From: Balanoglossus misakiensis
Taxonomy: Eukaryota; Animalia; Hemichordata
Assembly: GCA_040954595.2 (NCBI GenBank)
Contig: CM082577.2
Location: forward strand, 17,625,500 to 17,689,499
Length of the DNA: 64,000 nt
Direction: 5' to 3'
Shown piece by piece: positions 49,737 to 60,180 of the stretch. The position numbers were made by a program, and so were the translations under genes. Positions within the stretch are counted from its first letter, which is position 1; each line of letters opens with the position of its first letter. Below the pieces are notes generated by a model, which was not told where the DNA came from, did no database searches, and saw only the letters and a list, made by a program, of their open reading frames with translations.

Positions 49737-52700
49737 AATAATAATAATAATATTTAATTCTTAAAAAACGCTTTCCATGTAAAAAGACATCCCAAAGCGC
49801 TGTACATCGCTGCTTAAAAATACAAAGACAAGTAAAATGCTAAAAATGTATCATAAAAAAAATAGACAATGGTTAAAAATGGATAAAAAAATGGATAAAA
49901 AAGTCATTCCCTGAATAAAAACGTTTTAAGGCTGGATTTAAAAACATTAAAATTCTCACTGCTACGGAGTGGAACCGGTAGCTTATTCCACAACCGTGGT
50001 GCTCCTGTAGAGAATGACCTGTCACCATAAAAGGCTGTGTTAACTTTGGGTTGATCAAGAATAAAAGAACAATCAGTTGTAGAACGAAGGTTACGGACAG
50101 AAGAACGAACACTTATGAGCTCCTTCAGGTACGACGGAGCCATATTATTTAAAACTTTGTAGGTTAAACAAAGAATTTTAAAATCAATCCGTTTCTGTAT
50201 AGGAAGCCAGTGCAATCTCTTAAGTAGTGGTGTAGTATGTTCTGTTTTCCTGCTTTTAGTGACTAAACGTGCAGCGGCATTCTGAATAGACTGTAACTTA
50301 TTGATTTGATAATTTGGCAGGCCATAAAGAAGGCTGTTACAATAGTCTAACCTAGAAGTTACAAAAGCATGAACAAGTTTTTCAGTTGATTCTTGGTCTA
50401 GACAATTCCGGATTTTACTAATCCTCCACAAAGCAAAAGACGCTGATTTACACAAAGTGGAAATATGTGATGTCATGGTCATCGTAATATCAAATGTGAC
50501 ACCGAGGTCAATCACTGTCGGTGATGAATGGACGCTGATATCCCCGACTTGTACATCACACTCTCGTGGTCGGTCCCTATCGCCAAACTTAGAAGAGAAT
50601 CTAATAACTTCGGTCTTACTATCATTAAGTACAAGCATGTTATCATGCATCCACTGGCGAATTTCACTTATACAGTTCTCAATAATTTTACTCGGGACAC
50701 AATCACGAGAGCAAACAATATACAACTGAGAGCCATCAGCATAAAACATACTTTGTAGACTGTGTTTATCTATAATGTCCTCAAGCGGAGTCGTATACAA
50801 ACTAAATAAAACCGGTCCCAAGACAGAGCCCTGGGGAACGCCACAATCCAGCGGTTGTGCCTCCGACATCACCGACCCAATACGTACTCTCATTGTCCTG
50901 CCTTGTAAATATGAAGTAATCCAGTTGAGAACGGTACCCTGGATTCCAAACCTATGGCGTAGTCTATGAATCAAGATGTTGTGGTCGATGGTATCAAAGG
51001 CGGCTGACAAATCAAGAAGAATCAAAATAACATCATCCCGACGATCTAGAGCCCGTAGCACATCGTTTTGCACTCGAATGAGCGCAGTCTCAGTACTGTG
51101 ACCTTGTCGATAAGCAGACTGACATTTAGCGTACAAGTTGTTACTGCACAGATACGAATTAAGTTGAAATAAAACTGACTTCTCAATCAACTTAGAGATG
51201 CAAGTTAAATTCGACACCGGTCTATAATTTTTCAACACATTTTTATCAAGGGTTGACTTCTTTAGTAATGGGCGTACAATCGCCGATTTACATGGGCTGG
51301 GAAATACACCAGACTTTAGTGAAGAATTGATGATACCTGTAATTGCTGGAGATACTTGATGAACACACTGTTTTAGCAATGATGTTGGTATGGGATCATG
51401 ATATGAGGATTTGGTGGGGAGCGAACCAATGAGCTTTTCAACAAAATCAATTGAAACTGTTTTGAAAGCACTGAGATCAAAGCTTAAGTCTTTCGGAAAA
51501 TCACAAGGTGGAACAGATACCAAAGTCTCACGAATCTTCTTGATCTTAGAAAGGAAGAAATCTGCGAAGGTGTCCGGTAATTTGTTTGAGTCCATATCCG
51601 GTGTGGCTGAGGCCGACGCGCCCTTAGTACCTGCGATCTCATCAATTATACGAAACAACTTCTTGGTATCAGCACACGCAATACGGCTACGATGATAGGA
51701 TGAATGTGCATCACGTAATCTGGCTGTATAGTGGTTTCTAGCGGATTTAAACATTTCTTCATGTACAACCAGGCCTGTCTTCACCCACTGCCTTTCTAAC
51801 TGACGGAGCTTTTGTCGTAACTTCAGTAAATCTTCTGTAAACCACGGTGAACGCACTTTGTCCAAAACATATTTCGTGACAACAGGTGCAATGGCATCAA
51901 TAACTGTAGTCAGGGCTTCATTATACGTACTCACAAGAAGAGAAGGGCACCCGTCAATTTCCGAGAGACTTGGCAATGGAGATGATGCAATTTTCTGCTG
52001 AAGATCACTGATGTCGATGTTAGTAAGCTTTCTCGATGAACGGAGAGTTCTCAGTGGACGTGGTCGCATGAAGACAGTTGAAAAGTGAATGGCAGCATGG
52101 TCAGATGGCAAGAGCCAATCACATCTGGTTTCGTTTACACATGGATCAGCTGCGCGAGTGATAATTAAATCCAATGTGTGGCCTTTTGTATGCGTCGGTC
52201 CAATTACATGTTGTGCAAGTCCCATTGTGTTGAGTAAATCTACAAACTTAATGTTGTCATTATTCGTACCATCGTCGAAGTGAATGTTAAAATCACCAAC
52301 AATTACTAGTCGCCCTTGAGAACAAATCACATTCTCTAAGAGGGTGGAAAATTCACGTAGGAAGTCATTGACAGTTCCCTTTGGTGGTCTATAGATGACT
52401 AGAAGGCGAACAACTGATGATGAAATAGTCACGTTACCATCAATGACTTCAAAACTCTTGAATGACTGTGTCTTGTTTGAGATGAATTTCAGGTTGGATC
52501 TGAATATAACAGCTATCCCTCCACCCCGTTGTTTCGCACGCGATACCTGGAATATTCTGTAACCACTCAGAGTTGATGATAAACGCGCTGAGATGTTATT
52601 GTCCGATTCTTTTAACCATGTTTCAGTTACAGCAAATATGTCGGTCTTATTCTGAATGATGGAATCAGAAACAGATTGTACCTTGGTACTTATGGATCGG

Positions 52701-52845
52701 GCATTCCATAACGTAAAGTTAACGGTGCGAGCTTGCAAAGATGTTGATTCTTTGCGCAGGGTAATAAGATTAAACACATTGATAAAGCGCGGACGATACA
52801 TACATTGACGCTGAAAGACAATGGGGGTCGCTCATATTCCGCGCG
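49737..52845 (-). mobile_element. L2/CR1-group LINE, 5'-truncated, (TTA)n tail, 7-bp TSD TCACTCC
   Basis: TCACTCC at 49730-49736 and 52846-52852 flanks an (aat)n tail and an EN+RT ORF. No ORF1 is present. Confidence 0.92.
49904..52801 (-). CDS. LINE ORF2: AP endonuclease + reverse transcriptase (965 aa; catalytic YADD changed to YADG)
   Basis: WNARS, AVTETW, IYRPP, GDFNIH, TLDLII, SDH (EN); NYRPVSNL, LLDLSAAFDTIDH, GVPQGSVLGP, YADG, SRLDYCNSLL, LHWLP (L2/CR1-type RT). Confidence 0.95.
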   Translation of the reverse strand: MYRPRFINVFNLITLRKESTSLQARTVNFTLWNARSISTKVQSVSDSIIQNKTDIFAVTETWLKESDNNISARLSSTLSGYRIFQVSRAKQRGGGIAVIFRSNLKFISNKTQSFKSFEVIDGNVTISSSVVRLLVIYRPPKGTVNDFLREFSTLLENVICSQGRLVIVGDFNIHFDDGTNNDNIKFVDLLNTMGLAQHVIGPTHTKGHTLDLIITRAADPCVNETRCDWLLPSDHAAIHFSTVFMRPRPLRTLRSSRKLTNIDISDLQQKIASSPLPSLSEIDGCPSLLVSTYNEALTTVIDAIAPVVTKYVLDKVRSPWFTEDLLKLRQKLRQLERQWVKTGLVVHEEMFKSARNHYTARLRDAHSSYHRSRIACADTKKLFRIIDEIAGTKGASASATPDMDSNKLPDTFADFFLSKIKKIRETLVSVPPCDFPKDLSFDLSAFKTVSIDFVEKLIGSLPTKSSYHDPIPTSLLKQCVHQVSPAITGIINSSLKSGVFPSPCKSAIVRPLLKKSTLDKNVLKNYRPVSNLTCISKLIEKSVLFQLNSYLCSNNLYAKCQSAYRQGHSTETALIRVQNDVLRALDRRDDVILILLDLSAAFDTIDHNILIHRLRHRFGIQGTVLNWITSYLQGRTMRVRIGSVMSEAQPLDCGVPQGSVLGPVLFSLYTTPLEDIIDKHSLQSMFYADGSQLYIVCSRDCVPSKIIENCISEIRQWMHDNMLVLNDSKTEVIRFSSKFGDRDRPRECDVQVGDISVHSSPTVIDLGVTFDITMTMTSHISTLCKSASFALWRISKIRNCLDQESTEKLVHAFVTSRLDYCNSLLYGLPNYQINKLQSIQNAAARLVTKSRKTEHTTPLLKRLHWLPIQKRIDFKILCLTYKVLNNMAPSYLKELISVRSSVRNLRSTTDCSFILDQPKVNTAFYGDRSFSTGAPRLWNKLPVPLRSSENFNVFKSSLKTFLFRE

Positions 52846-53230
52846 TCACTCCCGGACCAAGGAACGTACAGCACTCAATATTTCCAGTATGCAACCAAGA
52901 TTTATTCCACAAATATAGACACACATGGGGAATGACTACAAAGAAAAACCCCACCACTTTGTAGGTTTAACGGAGAGGAGTAGGCCTCCAAAATCGCCTT
53001 CTTCTATGGACTATATAACTGCCACAACGGAACCGCACGGTTGTGCGTAACAAAATGAATCGTAGAACCGCGTGGAATAAATTTGAGGGTCTTTTATAGT
53101 GCGTACCAGGTGGTTGTGATGCAAATTACAATGCGCAGTACATGTACGATCAATAACCGATCAATAAACGCCATAATTCAAAGAGCCCAATTGAAACAAA
53201 ACATCCAACAATTTAATTTCATCTGTCAAA

Positions 53231-54180
53231 CACATTTTGCCAGAAGAGCCCTAACTTCTGAGTCTATCAATTGTACCTGTGCCTGAGGAACTTTGGTAAC
53301 GGGTTGATGGCTCTGCTGAGGAAACGAGGTGAGCTCTATAGATGATATCCCTGAATGGTTTCTAATATCCAAGGGTCTGACGTTTACCTTTTGCTCTTGA
53401 TGAAGAAAATACTTGAGATGACCTCCTACTTGGGTAGTGTGACATAACATCTGTCCCGTCATTCTTTTTTTGCCTCGAAAAGAATTATCCGAAGTAGAGG
53501 GTTTTCCACCCTTACCAAAATCTCGGTTGTACTTGCGTTTACCGTAACTACTGTTGACGGTCGTATGCCTTGCCATATCTGAACTAATACTGACTGCGTT
53601 GTGTACGCTGATAGCCACTATTCTCTGAAAATTGAGCAACCTCTCGTGCTACATGTACCTTGTGGGCTTGCTTCTAGCCTTCTTGGCTTCGGAAATCGGC
53701 TCATCGCCATACAGCGTCTCCCCTGTTGGCTCCAAATTCTTCGTAAGTGTAAGGTAAGACATCGTTAAACACCTTTTGTCTTGCAATTTGCAGACCATGA
53801 AAGGCACTTCCAAAGACAGGCATGCTATAGTGAATAGCCGGTAAAATCAGATCAAAATCTAGACTGTTACCATCATGATGAGCTTGCAAAATTTCCAGCA
53901 AGGGCAACTGAGAAAAAAGTAAATTCTCTGATGCCTTAAAAAAAATTCATGTCATGGGCCACTTGCTTCTTGGTATTCAACTATTTCTTCCACTGGGTGG
54001 AGAGATGATCTGGATTCTTGGGAGGAGTTAGCAAACTCTCCTGTTCTTTGCAAATAACGTAACGTTGTTACATTTCCTTTTTGTACTCACTTGATAAAGC
54101 ATTATTACGTTGTTGCAGAAACCACTGCTTGACCGACTTTGACAGACGGATCCATCATCTCTACTGTGTGGATTATCAAA
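53231..54180 (-). mobile_element. Degenerate DIRS1-type retrotransposon, 5' part (gag-like region and RT N-terminus)
   Basis: QVGGHLKYF..., IELTSFPQQ..., LIDSEVRALLAK is the typical lead-in to DIRS RT and continues at 49716. Upstream broken ORFs (PLLEILQ...FGSAFHGLQIARQK) are gag-like. The outer boundary is approximate. Confidence 0.65.
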
Positions 54181-54365
54181 CTCGCATTTAATCAGTGTAT
54201 GAAGTTTAATTCATGCCAGCACCCCACTTTTGTATGAGAGCACCCCGCAATTCAATGTCGGGATTACGTACTGTATGTTTGAAATAACGATCTTCTTTTG
54301 GCGCTTTGGAAGGGAAAGGCGCTGTCTCTGAATTGGAGGAGAGAATCCCAAAACAAACGGTCGCA

Positions 54366-54536
54366 ATTTTCGTATTCGTATTCGCCGCCACTTACTGTGG
54401 GGCGAATTAGAGAAGTGCCGTGATTATTATTTTCATAGGACATGTCTGCTGTTCCGATAGCCTAGATCACGTGCTTGAATCATACAGTTTATGGCAGTTA
54501 TGATGATTAGGCGAATACGAATACGAATACGAAAAT
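54366..54536. repeat. Short inverted repeat with (CGTATT)n arms
   Basis: attttcgtattcgtattcgcc (54366-54386) versus ggcgaatacgaatacgaatacgaaaat (54510-54536). Confidence 0.7.
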
Positions 54537-54905
54537 GAAAATCGATGAAGTTTCTTTTACGGTTCTTTTCTCTTTTTTTACCTTTGCCACTCCAAGTTAG
54601 CATCGTTGGGGGGGGGGGGGGGCAAGTCCCCTGTCCTGAATGAAAGGTGTCGATGAATGAATAAGGGGCGGGTGTGGGAGGGGTTTTTCCCCTGCCACAT
54701 TAGAAACTTTTGTAATATAAAGAGTTTGAAACTGCATTTCTGTGGACTCAAAAGCAATTTTAATCCCTAACTGAAAGTTGGAGGAGGCAAAAGTATAGCA
54801 CAGGTCCAGTGTTCACGCCTGCAATAATGAGGCGACATTGCGAGGTGAAAATTATTAAGCTGAATCACACGATGTCCACGTTCAAAGATTCTCGTAACAT
54901 TGCAT

Positions 54906-55054
54906 TAGACGTTTGAGGCTGCCGCAGATCGAGCTGTATAGTAGTGGTATAGAGCCATCATGGTGTGGGTAGCGTAACGGTAGAGGCCACCACTGTCTAT
55001 GGCGTATACCACCACATTATATATGGCTCGACCCGCGGCTGCTTCAAACAGCTA
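54906..55054. mobile_element. Degenerate palindromic MITE
   Basis: gtttgaggctgccgc..tcgagctgtata..gtggtata..gccat ... atggc.tataccac..tatatggctcga..gcggctgcttcaaac. Confidence 0.6.
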
Positions 55055-55979
55055 ATCCAAGCAATATTACGAGAACAAGTGGGCTCAGGCTGCATTAGAC
55101 TGACAAAATGACCCCCAAATAGAATCACATAACAAAGAACCTATATGTAATTTTCCTTCAAAGTCGAATATGCGTGCAAAACACAACATACACATACATG
55201 TACATCCCACTGACTGGCACACCGTAGTAGTGTAGCCCTTTGCCTGCTTCGTTCAAAATGCTCGACTATTGTAGAAAATTACCCAAATCGCCTGCCAATT
55301 TGTATAAATTACTGATATGGTAGCTAAATATACTTTCAGGTTCCAACTGGTCATCATCAGCTGCAATATGATGGGTTGAAAAAGGTGAAATAACTTAAAG
55401 GAATCCAGTCGTATGAACACCCTGGTGCTCCGCGACCGAAGGTCGTGGAGTGCCGCCGTGACAACACAGCCCTGCCACGCAGAGCTAGCCGCTCCTCTGC
55501 CGCATATTGCGTGTATCATGACAATTAATATTAGGGACTGGTCAGTCTGGTCGGCCTGAGAAGGTCACCCGGTTTTAGAATTTGGTGATGGTGGTCACCG
55601 GGGGGGGGGGGGGGGCACCAACTTTTCCATATGGTCCCTGGGGGAGGTCACCCTTATTTTTCATGTTCAATGGGGGGAGGGGGGTTAGTCACTTTCTAAT
55701 TCTGACGGTTACAATGTACAGCGCTGGGTGACTTGTATGCTCTTGGAAGCAAGCTCCACAAGTAGTTGTGTAATGTTTTGGGGGAGGGGTCATCAAATGT
55801 TTTTGCCTGTCAAAAAAGAGAAGAAGAAAATCCTCAATTTCAAATATGTTATCAGATATTTCCTTTTTCAAAAAATAGAGCAAATACACAATATTGGACA
55901 AATTTGAACATTGAACATGGATGAACATATTTAGTGTTTTGGATAGATGTTACATTACTTTTGGCTTTCTTTATAGTAT

Positions 55980-56660
55980 ATTTATGTTGTGTATCAAATG
56001 ATATGTTTTGCTCTACTCCAAACAGCATGTACCCAGTACTCCACTTGTCAACATAGCCGTAGTCTAGAATCTATCCGTTCGTAGTCGCATTCACCCTACT
56101 ACGAACGGATAGATTCTAAACATATCCGGTATGTGTGTAACGGCCATTGTTAGGGACCGTTCAGTTTTTGCGGCTGGGGGCGGCAAGTTTGTGTCATCGG
56201 TTTTCAAAATCGGGCCGACCCCCCCCCCCCTTCGACCAGGACCAATAAGAACATTTTGTAAAATACGGTGTTTAAAAGTTGCATTTTAATGAACTCAAAA
56301 GGATATTAACTCAATGTTAGGGAGGACCAATGTCCCCCTCCCAAGAATATGTTGTAAAATATGGAGCTCAAAGTTGCATTTTAATGAACTCGAAAGCAAA
56401 TTAACTAAATGCTTAGGAGGACCAATTTTACTTTTGCCACTCCACTCAAAGTAAGCATCGATGGGGGTGAGGTGGCAAGTAGTCTGCCCTGGTACACTAG
56501 ACAAACCAGCCAATAAATGAAATGTGGCGAAGAATGGAGGGGGTGGGTGTGGGAGGGGGTGACCCCCTCCCCCTGGATTTTGCCGCTGCCCCCCCCCCCC
56601 CCCCCGGTCCCTTATTGTTGACAAATAGATTCCAGTCTGGACTTGAATTCAAATTTTAGC
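55980..56660 (+). mobile_element. Copy of the 40330 MITE family carrying two nested insertions
   Basis: tgtgtatcaaatg..caaacagcatg..cagtactccacttgtcaacata..gtatgtgtgtaacggccattgtta[insert]ttgttgacaa..ggacttgaattc matches 40375-40520. Confidence 0.75.
56153..56611. mobile_element. Internally deleted copy of the 47114 Harbinger-like element (TTA TSD)
   Basis: TTA|GGGACCGTTCAGTTTTTGCGGC...GGTCCC|TTA. The interior is the reverse complement of parts of 47114-48208. The empty site cattgttatt is visible in the 40330 copy. Confidence 0.85.
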
Positions 56661-57635
56661 AACTGTTGCTATAACTGAATCTAGAGAACATAAAAGACCC
56701 GGTAATTATTAACTTGAAATATCCTATACACTCAGTGCGTGCTTTTGGGTCATGGTAACGTGGAGTAAGAAACTAACGAACAAACTAACCATATTTCAAA
56801 CATGGCGGATTAGTAAACATCGCACCTCAATTAGAACTCCGTTTTATCAGACGATTTTCAATATGAGTGCAAAAACACTGGGTCTGTTTGGCTCTGGGAG
56901 ACCGTCTCCACCATCTAGATCCGCTCCGGCATCTCGTAACCAGAGGAAAGGTTCTCCGTCAGTCAGGTAATTTTGATGATTGGAGTAGCTTTGTAGAGTA
57001 GTTTTGTAGCCCATTGACGATTTTTGTGTTGGACGGGGAGGTCAACACAAAAATTGTCGAGGAGTTGTGCAGCAAGTGCGCCAGGTTGACGATGTTGTTC
57101 TCAGCATTACTAGTGAATTGAAACTACTAGTGCTGCAAACCACTTCGTCAACCAACAGGTAACAGCACCCGCAGGCCCCGCTACAATCATAAACATCGAA
57201 TGCGTAGTGCCTCACACCGAAGCCCCGAAACACTCTGCAAAGATTTAGCGCATCAAAGAAACCTGGTGACGTACCCGGTACTTATAACACATTCACGCCA
57301 CTCAGTTTGTCTCCTTGCCGAATGAATTCATAGGGGTCGAAGTTAGTCTGGGGGTCGAGGTGACCATAGGTGGCGGGGTCGAAACGGTCAGGGGTAGAAG
57401 CATAGACAGTAGAACTGTCTATGGTCGAAGTGACTAGAAACCGCAGCTTGGTGCTACCATGGAGGTACTAAGAGTACCTATTTAGTACCTCCATGGATGC
57501 TGGTGCTACTGAGAATTTTGATGTGCCATGACTGGCTCTTTTTTATCCTTTCTATCTATTGCAAATTGTGTGCAGTGACAGTGAATTGTAGTATCTCCTT
57601 GTTTTCTTTGTAGAAACCATCAGGTTCGAAGTGCC

Positions 57636-57818
57636 ATGAATGGGAGACATGCAGTAAAAACACGACATGGCATTGTGAAAAAGACTGTTGGTGATGAAGG
57701 TGATGGTGATTATGACTCAGAACAAGATATTGTAATGATAAATGTTCCATCAGCAGGTGATATGAACAGAGAGAATGACTCTACGAGGACAACTTCCCAA
57801 ATTAATCCTGAAAAGATA
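57636..57818 (+). CDS. SDS22-type leucine-rich repeat protein, first coding exon
   Basis: Acceptor tttgtag at 57613, ATG at 57636, MNGRHAVK...SQINPEKI|gtgagt, phase 0, in frame with the following LRR exons. Confidence 0.7.
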
Positions 57819-58165
57819 GTGAGTAGTTTTCTGAATTGCATCATCTGGAGGAAATCATAGATCTGTATCATTGATACAATATTGTTTATGTGAGACTTCA
57901 ACATCACTGAACAACACACTTATATTTGTTAATTCCAATTGCATAAAACTACATATACATACAAGGATCATGATTCAGTGTTCTCATGAGCATGATGAGA
58001 GCAGTTATACAGAAGACTGACACCTCTATATGTACATCTACACGTGGCCTTTAATATTTGAATTGATCAATGATCATTGACAGGAAATAATACTCCACTG
58101 CCATTTCTTTCTGTTGAATCACTAACAAAATGAACTGACTAACTGACCATTGATTTTGATTCATG

Positions 58166-59010
58166 TTAATTGGGGCCCAAGGCCAGGGGACGATGGGACC
58201 CTATTGAAATTACTAGAGTTCTTCTTTTTATTTTTCTTACACTTCCCAAATTTGGCACAGTTATCAGGGTTAACAAGTAGTCGTGAACCTATCCTTGAAT
58301 TTTTAATTAGTTACATGACCATGTGAGTAAATTGGCTTTTGTGAAAACTTAAAAAAACTACAGGGCAGATCAAGATCAAATTTGGTGTGTGGCAAGTATG
58401 GTCTCTGCCCTTTTATAAGTTTGCCAGTGAAATTGTGAGTGGTCATGTGACTTCGGCCACAATATTGGGTTTTCGAAAAAATCTATATGGAAATTTCAAC
58501 AATCTTCTTCTCCAGAACCGGCTACTAATTAGTTGTGGGATGAGGTATACCAGGTCACCTAACTGATGTTTGTCAAAATTGCCCGGTACATACATGTAGT
58601 GATTGGTCGAACCTTGTGTTCGCCACATTGGATTTTGCTAAAAATGACGAAAACTGGTTCCTACGATAACCAAATATTTGTAAGAACTGAGACTTTGCAC
58701 ATATGATCACGTGGGTGCCTAGCACGAATTTGTGAATTGCATTTTGAAGCAGAACAAATAGTGCTAGGAGTCAGAGTCTGGTTTTTGTTGGACATGGCTG
58801 TGAACAAAATGGTGAACTGTTTTTTTTCTAACTTTAAGTCACACTTTAACCACTGTCCTTTAGATGCATATTCCCTCTCCTTGGTTCATGTTTGTTTTAT
58901 TGTTCAAACAATATAGTTTTATAGGGCTGCCTGTTGGGTTAACGTATTGAACACCCAACAGTATGATTTTAGTTTACCTTATGTCTGCCAACGCTGCTTG
59001 CAGCCTTAAT
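58166..59010 (+). mobile_element. Helentron/Helitron-like non-autonomous element (intronic)
   Basis: Starts ttaattggggcccaagg...gggaccctattgaaatt..ttcttctt and ends ..aacGCTGCttGCAGCcttaat (3' hairpin). This resembles the termini of Helentron-associated elements. Boundaries are approximate. Confidence 0.5.
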
Positions 59011-59034
59011 GTTGTTGTTTTTTTCTGTTCACAG

Positions 59035-59124
59035 CTACAACTCTCAGGAGAGAGCAGTTACAACAGGATTTATGAAATAGATTTACATGCATCAAAAATA
59101 ACAGATATTAATAACCTTAATAAG
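59035..59124 (+). CDS. LRR protein exon 2
   Basis: acag|LQLSGESSYNRIYEIDLHASKITDINNLNK|gtatga; phase 0-0. Confidence 0.85.
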
Positions 59125-59253
59125 GTATGAGCATTTTTGTAATTCTTTATAAGACATCATATTACTTATTGTCAAAATGTGGAAGTTACTACCATCTGCA
59201 CGACTTACTATCTAACCATTTACCAACTAACCTAACCCAGGGCTCGAAATTAA

Positions 59254-59438
59254 AGTTATACAGTCACCTCTAATTTACATACGCCCATATATGGCTGAAA
59301 TGGAGTATTTCAGCGTTCTAAAGAACATATGGTGGCGCTCTTTTTTTCGCGTGTGCCACCCACTGAAATTCAGTGATTGGCTAGATCTCAATTTGCCATG
59401 GTAACTATAGCTAATTTTCCATAGGTGACCGTATACCT
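59254..59438. mobile_element. TTAA-flanked Kolobok-like MITE nested in a short CAGGG-terminated (hAT-like) element 59238-59493
   Basis: TTAA|AGTTATACAGTCACC...GGTGACCGTATACCT|TTAA. The host reads cagggctcgaaat...attttgaggccag. Confidence 0.75.
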
Positions 59439-59526
59439 TTAACGGGGACTACTATTTTCCCATTTTGGTAGCCCACTCGGGCTACCACAAATTTTGAGGC
59501 CAGCCAGCTGGCTGAGCGTAGTTAAA

Positions 59527-60180
59527 TAATAACACATGATAGCGAGGGCAATATCACGATTTGAAGCCTGCACGAGGGATGGTGATCTCTGACTACAATA
59601 TTGATGATGCCCGAGCCGCAGGCGAGGGTATCATCAATATTGTGGTCAGAGATCACCAGCCCGAGGGCAGGCTTCAAATCGTGATGTTGCCCGAGCATCA
59701 TGTGTTATTAATTTTATTACGCCGAACATTTGAACGTACATACAAGGCAGGCATAGAAGAACGTAGACGCGCGTCCATATGTCGTACGTTGCTGAGAATG
59801 TAAAATGTCTCGATCTCCCAAGAATTATACGATACCTACTTCGAACTTAGATTATTTTGAAAATACTGCACTGTTGGTTGCGATTTTGTTGTATTTACTG
59901 TCCGTTTGTGGTAAAATATCGTCCAGTTGAACAGGTGTTAAGCCTATGTGTCGCTTTGAAGCCATATATGAGGGAGTTGACTGATCGTGGAGGAAGCCAT
60001 TGAACGACAGTTTGGAACGCGCAGAAGTCTCGCGCAGAACACAAAACAACCCAGCGGGCAATATCAGCGCACGCGACAGGGCTTTATCAACTCTAGCCAT
60101 GTTATATCACTTTTTTTTCTATATCACGTGAGCGCGTCTCAGCCAATCACGAATATGGTATAATACGTGAGGTGTAATAA
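59527..60180. mobile_element. Hairpin element with GNA-triloop apex and asymmetric inverted repeat (putative non-autonomous, Crypton-like)
   Basis: 184-nt fold-back at 59527-59710 with apex CCC-GA-GCC-GCA-GGC-GA-GGG. TTATTACGCC (59714-59723) is inverted at 60171-60180 (9/10). TAATAA is directly repeated at both ends. Confidence 0.65.

Larger units (their letters stand above)
49717..53230 (-). mobile_element. Solo LTR (about 400 bp net) inserted in the DIRS RT and itself split by a LINE
   Basis: cacc|TGTGAC ... GTCAAA|caca (near-perfect terminal IR and 4-bp TSD). Removing it restores DIRS ...ALLAK-GAIK. Minus-strand TATA ctataaaag is near 53095 and AATAAA near 52903. Confidence 0.65.

Noticed and set aside
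50457-52283. Plus-strand ORFs within the LINE
   Set aside because: Antisense shadows of ORF2.
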